A stretch of 64,000 bases of DNA from Schmidtea nova (lineage: Eukaryota): contig CM097883.1 of the NCBI GenBank assembly GCA_044892505.1, positions 424,328,001 to 424,392,000 on the forward strand. The letters are read 5' to 3'. The notes under the pieces were generated by a model. The model was not told the DNA's origin. It saw nothing but the letters and a program-made list of their open reading frames with translations, and made no database searches. Positions 50,224 through 61,941 of the stretch are shown piece by piece. A program made the translations under genes and the position numbers. Numbering within the stretch: the first letter of the stretch is position 1; every line of letters begins with the position of its first letter.

Positions 50224-50777
50224 ATGGAATACAAGATAGACCAGATGATGACACAATTGACTGAAATGCACAGAAGCATGCGGCATCTGACAGCCCGCGA
50301 AGCAGAGATGGAAGAGGAAAATAATCTCCCTATGTAGAACTCCGACTGATAACGAAGCGGATGGAGAAATTTCGCTCTTGGTTCCAGAAAGTGAATTCTA
50401 CTTGGACAAATGTGGAGGGCATCGAGAAGATGCGAAAGCAGAATAGAATATTACAGGAGCAAGCTTCAGAAGACGCGTTCCAACTGCACGCGGTATAAAT
50501 GACCGTGAAACAACGGGACGCGGAGATTGCCTAATTTAAAATCGACACCGGAATTGTCTTGGCACTGCAATCCAAGATGAAATTTCCCACTCTGGAGTTG
50601 TTTCCAGTACGGGCTGGAGAAGCGGTACTTGCGCAAAGGCCAGTTGTCGATCGCCCAAAGAAATGGTTACCCAGCAAAGGAGTTCGTGCCCGACGAAAAC
50701 GACGCCAGGAAGCTCGACTCCTAAGGCAGTTCTGTAAAGTGTCGGTTGAGACGATCGACCTGTCTATCACTGATTGA
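50224..50777 (+). pseudogene. Disrupted orphan ORF (~185 codons; coiled-coil-like N-terminus, Arg-rich C-terminus) in a GC-richer island
   Basis: MEYKIDQMMTQLTEMHRSMRHL…(frameshift)…KRMEKFRSWFQKVN…(2 TAA)…GVRARRKRRQEARLLRQFC. The family was not recognised. Confidence 0.45.
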
Positions 50778-51097
50778 CAACGAACTATTTATGTACATAT
50801 CTTGTCTATATAATTATAAATATTGTCTTTATCAAACCATTTTTAAGATTGAATGAATGGATTGATTGATGTCATGTTTGTTTGAATAATGCCTAACAAA
50901 AATCAATAAACAACGAATTTTTAGTAAATGCCTAAGACATATTTCTTCGTTATTTTTAATTAAATCGCCTGATAACAAATCGTCATAGATCTTGAGACAA
51001 ATTACCATGACATGATTTTCTTTCTGGTAATCATCGTTTAAACTTCAGCAGCAGATCATAAGGTTAATCTTAAGTAGGAGACAAAATGGGCGCGAAA

Positions 51098-51313
51098 CCT
51101 TCTATCTGTAGCCCTTGAACTCATGAGATGTTCGGTCAATCATAGTTTAGAATTTTCGACGCTCACTGATTACGAATATCCACCCATTTGTTGCATTACC
51201 AACATTACATTGTGACGGGCAACCAGATGGTTAAACTAATGTTTTGTATGTTGAATTGTTGATGTAAGCCATAGCAACGTCAAGGTCATATTGACGAATA
51301 ACAACCCACCAGT
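51098..51313 (-). repeat. Unclassified LTR-like repeat, copy F (structured motif at 51098-51203)
   Basis: Head ACTGGTG at 51313. The motif is closest to copy E (56882-56990). Confidence 0.6.
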
Positions 51314-51559
51314 AGTCATTTAGAAATTGTTATGTAATGCTTAATAAATATTTTGAATTTGGTTGTTGGTTAAAGCTCAGTCTCATTTGATTGTCCCAAT
51401 ATACCTGATTCATGAGTAGCTCTGTCATCCCAACAGCCACTATTTTCGATTTGGTTAGAGAATCTTGAACCAAATAGTCGAGGTGAGTCTTCTGACCATC
51501 GTGTTAGTAATTATATAGACTGGTTGGGGTAAGAGAACAAATGAATGTTATTTAAGATA

Positions 51560-51900
51560 TTTGGGGGAATTAATATGCATACAGGTTAAGTATCATAAAA
51601 TTGCGATATAGGAATTCAGGACCCGATATATTCAAGAGAACCTTTGAAAGATAGAGTAATTACAATTGTAAAACCTTCTATCAGCAGCAGGAACCCAAAA
51701 GAGAGAATACAATGAGTAGTTTTGGTGACAAAACTAACCTGCTTATTGAATTCTCGCACCACTGTGTACGTTACCAACATAGTTTACCAAGAAGAATCTA
51801 TGGGTACATAAATGAGGAGTTCAACATTTTCGTGATTGTACGTGGGTTACAGTAATCCTTAGAAAAACAGCTTTTAACAACCTATACACCAACACAAGGT
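51560..51900 (-). repeat. Unclassified LTR-like repeat, copy D (structured motif at 51675-51778)
   Basis: Reverse complement reads ACTATGTTGGTAACGTACACAGTGG…GAGAAT…CCAAAACTAC…ATTCTC…GGGTTC…GATAGAAGG, like copies A and B. Confidence 0.65.
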
Positions 51901-52591
51901 TCACTTTTTGGGAGTATCAACCAAATAGTTAAGATTACCAACGTTGCTTTGCGGCGGGTAACTACTGGTTATATAATAATTACGAAGTTACTATAGCAAT
52001 GATCACCTATAGAGACCGATAATTATCATTGATTGTTGAGTAAAGGGTATCGTGAAAAATAAAGCATAATAAAGTTAAGTCTCTAATAAAATATTTGATT
52101 TTGAAAAATAAAATAATTGTTTGATATACGTTAGGGTTGAACTATTACCGATTATATATTATACGATAAAGCTTTAATCAAAATTTTCACCGATCATTTA
52201 CTAATAATGAAATATAAAAATTAGCAAAATTAATTTAAAACAAAGAATTATTAGATTATAAATTAACACTATTAAATTTCATTGTTATATTTATAATTAT
52301 AACTTTTTTAATGTTTAATTAGTTTTAAAAAAATAAAGTAAATTTTAAAATTAAAAACTTATTAATACTTCAAAAATGAGAACCTTGGTTTTCAAAGTTA
52401 AATGAAATAAATTATTTTGAACAAAGTTGTTTAAATAAATAAATTAATTGAATATTTTTTGTCTATTTATTTTACAGTATGTTAATTAATAATAATTCAT
52501 TTCAATTAAAATTTAAAGTTTAAATTTTTATTTTATAATAAAGCTGTGAATTAATTTCTGATTTCTGATATGAATTTTAGGTTAATTTGAA

Positions 52592-53203
52592 ATGAAATCA
52601 CATAAATTATTGAGCTATTGTGAAAATAATACAGATTCCGATTTTGAAGAATATTTACCTCCGATGAAAATAAAGAAAAAAAATCATGAAAAACGAAAAG
52701 AATCGTCTGAAGATACTGACCCATCATATATAAATACAGATGAGTTTAATATAAAAATAAAATCCAAATCAAATAATCAATCGACTGATAAAGTGAAACC
52801 AAAAGAAAGTAAATTAGAAAAAGTCAAAACTAAAAAGAATTTAAAAAGTGATCCAAACACAAATAAAGAAAATGTAGATAAGTTATCTAAAAATTATGAT
52901 ATTACTTCTCGCGTGACGAAACAAATCAATAATAAATCAAAAGAAATATCCAAAATGGAAAATACCGCAAAACCTCTAGAAATATGTGGGGAAACTGAAT
53001 TTTTTACTGGTATTCCTTTATTCAAACCTTCAGTTTCAAAAGAATCTGATAATCATCCGATAAATCCAATAATTTCTCAAAATACGTCGAATTTAAACAA
53101 TAATACAATATCGACTGCAAAATGTAAACTTATCACAACACATTTGAGAGTCGGTTTGTCTCGTAAGCAGCGAATTTCTAAACCACTTCATTCTAAATTT
53201 TAA
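52592..53203 (+). CDS. RAD51AP1-like protein (203 aa, Lys-rich and disordered, with C-terminal RAD51-interacting-type motif)
   Basis: Intact ORF with an upstream in-frame stop. C-terminal HLRVGLSRKQRISKPLH resembles RAD51AP1 LRLGLSRLARVKPLH. N-terminal KSHKLLSYCENNTDSDF resembles RAD51AP1 RHKKPVNYSQFDHSDSDDDF. A splice-acceptor-like TTTTAG lies 11 nt upstream. Confidence 0.6.
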   Translation: MKSHKLLSYCENNTDSDFEEYLPPMKIKKKNHEKRKESSEDTDPSYINTDEFNIKIKSKSNNQSTDKVKPKESKLEKVKTKKNLKSDPNTNKENVDKLSKNYDITSRVTKQINNKSKEISKMENTAKPLEICGETEFFTGIPLFKPSVSKESDNHPINPIISQNTSNLNNNTISTAKCKLITTHLRVGLSRKQRISKPLHSKF

Positions 53204-53902
53204 GCAATTTTATTGTATAATGTTTAATAGATGTTTAATAATTGCTTTATTAAGTTAAGAAATTTGACATAAAAAGCTCATTTTTTAATGCATGTTTAAT
53301 TGAATAAATTAACAATCAACTACAGAAAAATTTGCTGTTTAAATGTATTGGAAATATTTGATTTCTGCCATCTGAATTTTTACCAGATTTTATCATTCAT
53401 ATTTGTTTTCTATTTTCGAGCTTTGTTTTTTCTACTACATTTTTATTCTCAATTTTTCTTTTGTTAATTATCTTTATTGTTTTTTCTTTTCAATTGATTT
53501 TGGTAGCAAATTTTATTAATTTTTCTATATTTCTTCGAATGATTTTTTTGTTCTGAATATATTTCTTCGATTTCAAAAAGAAATTTATCTTTTTTTTACA
53601 TTTTGTCATATTCTTTTGAAAAAAATTAAAATTTCCAATATTTATCGAAGGTTTATGATATTCTTTTAATGATTCTCTCGTTTCGTATTTCACGTAGTTT
53701 GTAAATATTTCTGCTATGCATCGTGCTTATTTCACTGAATAAATTATGTTTTTTTCGGAAAGTTCCACAAAGTAACAATGACAATCGGGCTGATTATCGG
53801 GATAATTGCTAATCAACCGGTGCCGGTTATTAAAGATCAATAATTCAGAATACTATCTAATTCAGCATTTATTTTGACGACAATAAATATAAATTTAGTG
53901 TA

Positions 53903-55805
53903 CCATATTTTCACGCATATAACCCGCGGGTTATACAAGTTTTTACAAACAAATGGTCGCTGTGCGGGGTATACAAAAATAATTTTACTCATAAAACTTT
54001 TACCTTCAATAGAGGTTCACGCATTTATCCACTGTGTTAAAATCTGTAGTTTCGCTGTGTGGTTCTCAAATGTAAAACGAATAACTTTATGAACATCTCA
54101 TTAGAAGTAAATTTACAAATAATACACGTTTAGAAAACAAGTAATACGGATGCGGCAGAGAACATTTAATATAATTAATTGCCATAAGTAAGCAAGTAAA
54201 CCAATACGCCAGTAATGTCTAAACCTATAGTCCACATTTCATGCAATACATCCATAATCAATCACCATTACTATCACTGTCCTCGCTACAGTTAGTGAAG
54301 CCATCGAAACTTGTATCTTATTCACTGTCGTCATCAAGGAAGCGAAGCATGTTGGCAGCAGTAGTTGGGACATAAATTCACTCTTCATCACTATCATCAT
54401 CGTCAGCTGAATCGAAACATTCCTCTGCTGCTGGCTCTGCATTAACTTCACTACCGGTTACCATTAGCAGGCCAGCCTTAATGAAACCGTTGCGAATAAT
54501 TTCTGTGCTGATTTGCTGCCAGAACCCATTTGCATACTTCAACGTACGTAGCACGTCTCTGCTTTCCAGCTAGTGTGAATTTGTGTTCGCCTTCACTCAT
54601 CCATTTTTCCCATTCATTGCGGACAAAACACTTGAATGGATGATTAACAGCAATATCAAGTGGCTGAAGCTTACATGTTAAACCGCAGGGAATGACAGCA
54701 ATGTGAGCACCAGTCTTATTGATCTGTTTGTGAACAGATGTCTCCTTGTGTGCAGCCATTGCATCAAAAATTAACAACGATTTTGGCATCAAGAATCCAC
54801 CCTATCTAACACGATAGCATCTTTCAGTCCACTCTTTCATCACATCAGTGTTCATCCATCCTTTTTTGTTACACACAACAATCACTCCTTGTGGCAGATT
54901 CTCAAGTGGCATTGTCACTCGTTTGAATATAACCATTGGTTTCAACTTCTCACCAGCAGCTGAGCATGCCAGGGCAACTGTGAAACATGTGCGCTCATGT
55001 CCAGTTGTGGTAATAGGAACCGTTTTAGAACCAGTATCTGCGACAGTGCGAGTTGCTGGAATATCAAAAGACATAAGCACCTCATCCATGTTAATAACAT
55101 CGCAAGGATTTAAGTTCTGTTCTGCTATATCTCTTCTTACAAATTCCTGAAAGTCGTCTACTTTCTTCTCCCAATTCTCTGGCAGTTTCTGCCCAATCGT
55201 TGTGCGTGCACGAACGGAAAGTTGATTAGGTTTCATGAATATAAAAACCAAGTTGATGCCACCAGTGAAATTATCTATCTTCATTTCAGCAGTCATTATT
55301 TTCGCTTTCAATTTAATACCAACTGTTGACACTGCCTTGTTGTTCTCATGCAGAGAGCGAACCCATACTGAAAGGTTTGTCTCAAGCTGCTACCATCTAA
55401 CCTTTTCCCCTCGACGAGCTCTTTTGCGTGGATTAATCTGCTCTAAACTTTTAATGTCTTTTTGCCATTCACGAAGAGATTATTCACCAACATCATGCTG
55501 TCTCCCAGCGGCTCTATTGCCCATTGTAGCAGCAAGCGCACAAACCTGTAGCTTAAAATCAGCGGTATAAGTCTTGCGCTTTGGCATTTTTAGGCTTAAT
55601 AAACACTACTGAATACCTATAATGAATGTTAATGATTATTTAATGATTAATGATTAGTTAACCTTGTACATATGCGGGGTATACATGGGTGCGGGTTATA
55701 CTATTTTCTTTTTACTTATTATGTAATTTGTGCGGGTTATACGTAGTGCGGGTTATACGCGTATGCGGTTATACGCGTATGCGGGTTATATGCGCGAAAA
55801 TACGG
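53903..55805 (-). mobile_element. pogo-family (POGK-like) DNA transposon with a disrupted transposase
   Basis: TA-flanked 25-bp TIRs CCATATTTTCACGCATATAACCCGC / GCGGGTTATATGCGCGAAAATACGG. Transposase starts at 55587: MPKRKTYTADFKLQV…GNRAAGR (Brinker-like DBD), NMDEV, IFDAMAAH…LQPLD (35 residues between the last two Asp). Two stops and at least one frameshift. Confidence 0.92.
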
Positions 55806-55892
55806 TAATTATTTATTGATGGTACCATAGCAAGATCAAATCCTGTGGTGACCAAGTAACTGGTTTTAACCAGTAGTTACTCGTCGTAAGCA

Positions 55893-55996
55893 ATGGTAAT
55901 GTAACTATTGGAGAAAATACTTGCAGTGTTAATCCTGTTACCAGAACTATAATTGATCGATTAATTTCTACGGGTTCAAGAGCTATCCGTAGAAGA
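55893..55996 (+). repeat. Structured motif, copy G
   Basis: ATGGTAATG…GAACTATAATTGA…GGGTTC…CGTAGAAG, with the same spacing as the other copies. Confidence 0.5.
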
Positions 55997-56756
55997 TATG
56001 TGCTCATTCTGATGTTTGGTCCCTTTCTTTCATATTAACGCTTAAAACCCTTCTTAACTCATTCTTTAACTTTTAATGATTACGTTATTCTTTTTATCCG
56101 AGAAAATCAAACTATATTATATCTAAAGATTAACGGTTTCATTATCTAGTTATAGGATTATTGTTGTATGGGAATTTTATAACTTTATGTGTCTAATGAA
56201 TAAGGCTAAGATAATGACGAATTTCTAATTTTCATCCTAAAATAAAAAGATACCTGAAAAATGTGGCAAGATTAGGTAAATCCTGCTACTAAAGACAAAT
56301 TAAGAGCAAAAGAAAATCAATAATAATGTTGTTACTGTTAACTAAAAGTAGGTTGATCAGATTCACAATTTAGGTTATCCTGCATGGGCGAGTTATCAAT
56401 ATTATAGCTTAATGCATTTTATTTATTTTAGAAGTTTACCCTCGTTTTCTCTCGGATTTCGTAATTTTTCGACCTCTCATAGATAGTTGGAAAATTTTCT
56501 ATCGCTGAAGGATTTTTACACGAAGTTACATTTGTGAGTTTTGATTAAAATATATGTTTTAGACTTATTTTATTGTTTTATTTGAATAATTAAATTAAAT
56601 AAGAATTTATATCTCCTAAAGATGTTTGATAAATTCATTTCTTTGCTAATGTAAATGTTGAATTGTGACTAATTATTTGTTGGATTCGTAGTAATTTTAT
56701 CATAAAATATTCACTAAGAAATATCAAACTATTTATAATTTTTGATTTTAGATTTC

Positions 56757-57100
56757 ACTTGTGATCACAAAACTTGCATTCCATCTAGTGAGAATACGCG
56801 AAAGCTCATTACCGTGGTTCCATCCAATAACCTTGCATATAAACCTTGACCAAACCAAATTGTTATTCGTTACAGTGTAAAGTTGGTACTGCAACAAATG
56901 GGTGGACATTCGCAAAAGGTGACTGATGAATCAATCGAAACTATAATTGACCGAATGTCGCGGGTGGGTTCAAAGGTGACCGATAGACCGTACTTTGCCA
57001 AGTTTCGTCCCTTTATGTACCATAAGTATGACTACGACTGAATTTCTCGAGTAAATCGACTTTAACTCATTTATTAACTCAGGTGTTAATTACTGTGTAA
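56757..57100 (+). repeat. Unclassified LTR-like repeat, copy E (structured motif at 56882-56990)
   Basis: Head ACTTGTG, then GTTGGTACTG…GACATTCG/CGAATGTC stem…GGGTTC…GATAGA. Confidence 0.6.
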
Positions 57101-57165
57101 TTTTGTATTTCCTCTTCACACGTACTGCTTGTATATAAAAATTAATAAATTTATGGATATAACTA

Positions 57166-57950
57166 TTGTTGGGCAAAAACTAGGAGTTGTTGGAATGAAG
57201 CGGTAACACAGCAAGTAGAGAGCGCACAAGAAGTTTATTTAAAATTCTATGAGCTACAACATCAAGTAAAACACAATAAGCACAAAACACCGAAATAATT
57301 AAATCAAACACGTCTAAAAATTAAAATGAACAAAAGCGCATTAAGTATACACGTGAAAAACACATATATAACTTAAAAACATCAATTATGTAACAAAATT
57401 ACAAATTAAAATATTTTTAGATTTTTATCTTTAAAATTCAATAAAACATGAAATAAAATTATTTTAGTTAAAAATTTAACAAATTAAATTAGGAAAAACT
57501 TTGATTCAAAAGAAAAATTTTGAATTAAAAATAAATTATTTAAAGTTTTATTAAAATTTTATGCAAAAAAATTAATTTGGTTTTGCGTGAAATTGTTAAA
57601 TTTAATTTTGAAAGAATCGAAAATTCCTTCTGGAACAATTTGTTTTAATACATCAATGGAAATAACATGCAGAAAATTATATAAATACCGCCATCAAAAT
57701 GGAAGTTATCAGAATTTTAGAATCTGTTGCAGAATTTTCGTCGGAATTTTGTTGCTAAAAATTTTGAGGTTTTTAGCGGAGAAATTTTAACAGAGAATCT
57801 CTTACTGCCAACTGGTGTACCAGTTTAACTCAATAGAACTCTACCCAAAACTCTACCGAGAAGAAGGTTACTTGCAGCCGTTGATCAAATCATTTCGTAA
57901 GAAACTTGATTTTGTTTCCTAATTGCAAAGGCCCGTGAAATCATTCCCTC
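57166..57950 (+). repeat. Dispersed LTR-like repeat starting TGTTGGGCAAAAAC (related copy at ~62526-63000)
   Basis: Both loci start TGTTGGGCAAAAACTA and share A-rich segments such as AAACACGT.TAAAAATTAAAATGAA. The right end is approximate. Confidence 0.5.
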
Positions 57951-58872
57951 GCTACCCGGCCTTAGGTATTTTGATTTATTTTAACCTTCATCTAGGTATT
58001 ATTATATGATTTAATATGATATGTATTCTTTTATGAAAATTATAATTTTCTAGTCAAATTTGCATTTTAATTTTTGTCACATTTTCTCATAAACTGAAAT
58101 CATTTTATTGTTATTTATTTATTTATCATATGTATATCTAGATATTTTTTATATTAAAACCACTTCCATACCTTCTGACATCAGTCCGGTTTCGCGCTGT
58201 ACTGATGGAAATAGCCTAAGGGGATCGCTGTTCAGTTAGTAACTGGCCAGCCCATATTTCCGCCGTAGGTTAGGCCCACGCATACATGATCACTTCATCT
58301 CATATTGAGGAACAGTGGCTTGGCCAAGGACAAGGATTTTTTCAAATTAATTTAACGTCTAGAATCCTATTACATTTTTATTAAAGTGCGATATGATATT
58401 CAAAGATGCAAATGAATATTTTATTTATAATATTGTAGTTATTTTTATTTATATTAAATCGCCTTCGCTCAATGAATGTCGTCTTTACGTCACTATGAAA
58501 GAATTCGCAAAGTCGATTAGAAAGTCAAAGATATGAAAAGCTCGTAAATGACCACTTGAAGGGTAGTATAAATGCTGTGTCGAATTATGCCTACAGATTA
58601 AACTCGATTATCTTCCGTTGAATTTATATTCTAAATCGCAAGCATTATTGATAGAAACTTCTAAAAATTGGATCTAGAATTTTGAGTACTCAAGATCGCC
58701 AAAAGAATCGTCTTGAAATTTTATACATACATTATTTTTAGAAATTCATATATGAATGGGATTAATTTTTTTAAAAAATTATAATTTACTTTTAAAGATA
58801 ATTTAATATATAAAAATTATTTTTGATTGAATTATTAGATTGAGAAATTTGTGAATGAAATTTTTTTTTGTA

Positions 58873-58875
<3 letters not shown>

Positions 58876-58912
<37 letters not shown>
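58876..58912. repeat. (AT)n microsatellite
   Basis: AT dinucleotide run. Confidence 0.9.
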
Positions 58913-58916
<4 letters not shown>

Positions 58917-59056
58917 CTCACGATATATCACGGAAATAATTTTAGATCCATGTTTGCAATATATTACATCCATACCATTCATTAACACCATCCTTATCTA
59001 ATACCATACAAAAATTTATTTACCTAAAAATACTCAAAGTGCTGAATAAGGTATAC

Positions 59057-59506
59057 CAGTAGTTCTCAACTCGTGTTCCGCGGAACATCAGTATTCCGCG
59101 AATCCGCTTTCAGAATTCCGCGAAAAAATCTACATTTTATCTTTAAATTTGCATTTAAGATACATATCATCAAAAACCTCAATTAATTTTTTTATAAGAT
59201 GATTCAATAAGAAACACGTTACACAGATAAATAAACATACAAAAATAAAAGTATTTTTATTGCTTGTTATTGTTGCGCGTGTAAGTATTTCTTTGTTGAA
59301 TAAATTTGTTTTTTGGTAATGTGCGTTTATATTTAATATCTTCAAGACAATTTATTAATAGATGATGGTTCAAAAGTCGTTTCATTATTCAAAAATGAAA
59401 TAATATGTTCGTTTGTGAATTTATTTATGAATTTTTTTGTCAGTGTTCCGCGTAAAAAAATCATGTGAATGGTGTTTTGCACTTTTAAATTAATTGAGAA
59501 CCACTG
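59057..59506. mobile_element. hAT-type MITE with perfect TSD
   Basis: TIR CAGTAGTTCTCAA / TTGAGAACCACTG. 8-bp TSD AGGTATAC on both sides. Confidence 0.9.
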
Positions 59507-61203
59507 AGGTATACAATCAACAAGTGATTTGAATGTAAACGTTTCTGTTTCTCTAACCTCTTTATCGGAAAATAAAGAAAGCTTCGCAAATATGATCCTT
59601 CATACTTATTATTTGGATTCACAAATATTGACGATTGTTCACAATGTGTTGTTTGGTCAGAGGATTTAGCTAATAGTGCTATGGCTCCGACAAAATTTAA
59701 AAGACTTTTGGAAACAAAACTGTTGAACGAACTGAACTTATTACTACAAGGAACATACAAAACAATATTTGATATTTATAATAAAATAGAAGGACAAAAG
59801 AAAAAATAATTAAATTATGGATACAGAGTTGAAAACAATTAAGTCGAGTAAAAACATGGCTTAGATCTACAATGTTCTAAAAACGTAGAAAGGTGATAGG
59901 CCACTTTTCTACGTTTTTAGAATTATTTCCCTTTTTTATTTCTATAAATATGGTGAAAATTGGAAAAATAAGTAGAAATGAAAATGTTTATAAAATATGA
60001 AAATGTAGTTATCGTGTAGACTATCAGATATCCTACTTCAAACAAAATGATGTTAACCAACTGAGGACAATATTCAATATCAATTTAGTTCCCATTTGAC
60101 TATCAAAGAAATTAATTTGTTTTGATAGACTATTTGGTTACTTGCTATGAATAAAGTAATTAAAATTTTTTTATTTCAAAAATATTGATACAAAATTATT
60201 TTTTTAAAAACGGAAATTAAGAATAATTCATTAACATTTATTAAAATATTTTCGCATATGATAATTAATACAACAATTAATGGAGAAAATTATTAACTTA
60301 ATTGAATTTTAATTTTAATAATATTAACTGAATTTTTCTAGAACCATCTTCAGTATTCAAACAAAATTAAGAAACAATAACTAAAATAAAATATTATTTA
60401 TCTTCATTTCTTTTCAGACAATAAATGAATATTCCGTTTTTGTTATGGTCAATATAGATTTTGAAGTTTTATTGGTTCTGAATTGGTCGATTAATGGATG
60501 TATGAATCCAATGATTTAAGTGTGTTTAGTATTTTATTTTGGTGTTATTCAATTTGGAATTTTCTAAAAATGAACTTGAAATAGTTATTTGGATTTTTGA
60601 AAATGAATTGAATTTAGTTTTTTTGATTTCGAAAATAAAGTCTTATCAGTTAAATGGGTATTTGATTTCCATTAAAAGTTTCCTTACTATTTTAAAGCCA
60701 TTGATAATTTTTTTTAAACAAAAACCTTATTTTTAGGATTGGTCGTCTTTATTTATTTATTTAACTTTATTTATAAATTATATATTTTCAAAAAAAAACT
60801 AATTATTAGTGTTTTAAAATAAAGTAACTTTGCGTCAGTCTGATAAATTTATTCAGAGTTACTAATTGGAAAAAGTATGTGTCTTAAATACTGTCAGTAT
60901 TTAGAGATGTATGAAATTATCAATTAATTAATAAGAAAAAAGATCAGTAAAACTATTTCCATATTGAAAAATACATTGTATTTTAGTCTGCTTTAGAGTC
61001 TAGACTAAATCACAAATTTTCCAACTTTATCTAAATTACAAATAAATTTTTTTTCAAAATAGTATTGATTTTGTTTCTAATATGTGTCGAATATTTACAA
61101 AATAATTACTAAAAAATATTTTGTCATTTAGTCTTCAAATCAAATTAAAAATTATTGTATAATAATAATAATAAATATAAAAAACAACTGTCCTTCTATC
61201 CTA

Positions 61204-61941
61204 CGGTGACCAGATTTCTTGATAGTGAATGTGGTACAGAGGGGTGGTTTTTCCAAAAATAAAAAAAATATATTAATTTATATATGACACATATTTATTG
61301 TATCACAAATTTATTTAAATTTAATAAAAATTAAGTAATTGTCAACAATTCATTCAATTAAGTAGAAGTAGAAAATAACATAAATTAAATGTTATACTGT
61401 TACAGTACAGTATTTTAAATTCAAAATAATATAATTAAATAACAAAAATAAATAAAATAACATGTTTAACAACATTGCAATTCACAGATATTTTTCGGCA
61501 GAATTTATCTTTTTCAAAATAAATAATAATAAAGCTGATATTTAAAAAATCGCATCCGAATTTTTAATTACATTTTTTTTCACGTTAAAACACAGCCACA
61601 CAGCCTACTTATCAAGTGCATTTAAATTAAAATATTAAACTGTCAAAGATGTCATAGTGATGCGAATTGACAAACAGGGTTTTGTAAGAAATTTATTTGT
61701 CGTTCCTTCCGGCGATATAAATTAAAATCGATATATTTGTTATTAATATATCGACTCCTAAAACAACCCAGTAAACTTAAAACTTTTACAAAAAATGATT
61801 GATAATTTTTTAAATCGATATATTAATGAAATGACTTAAATGTGGTACAAAATGTGGTACAAAATGTGGTGCAGTTGACAATGTTGGACGCCTGTTCAAA
61901 ATGTTGTACTGTACCACACAATGTGGTACGTATGGTCACCG
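61204..61941. mobile_element. TA-flanked MITE with subterminal ATGTGGTACA repeats
   Basis: TA|CGGTGACCA … TGGTCACCG|TA, with several ATGTGGTAC copies near both ends. Confidence 0.55.

Noticed and set aside
50490-50540. In-frame TAA codons in the orphan ORF as evidence of a reassigned genetic code
   Set aside because: The HDAC and RAD51AP1-like ORFs end in TAA and have no internal TAA, so the standard code holds.
49631-51894. 12-bp inverted pair TGTTGGTGTATA / TATACACCAACA as TIRs of one DNA transposon
   Set aside because: There is no TSD, and the right-hand copy is the head of repeat copy D, so these are more likely two separate repeat ends.
61840-61930. Short repeats ATGTGGTACAAA resembling an array
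   Set aside because: There are no unique spacers and the context is eukaryotic. They are subterminal repeats of a MITE, not CRISPR.
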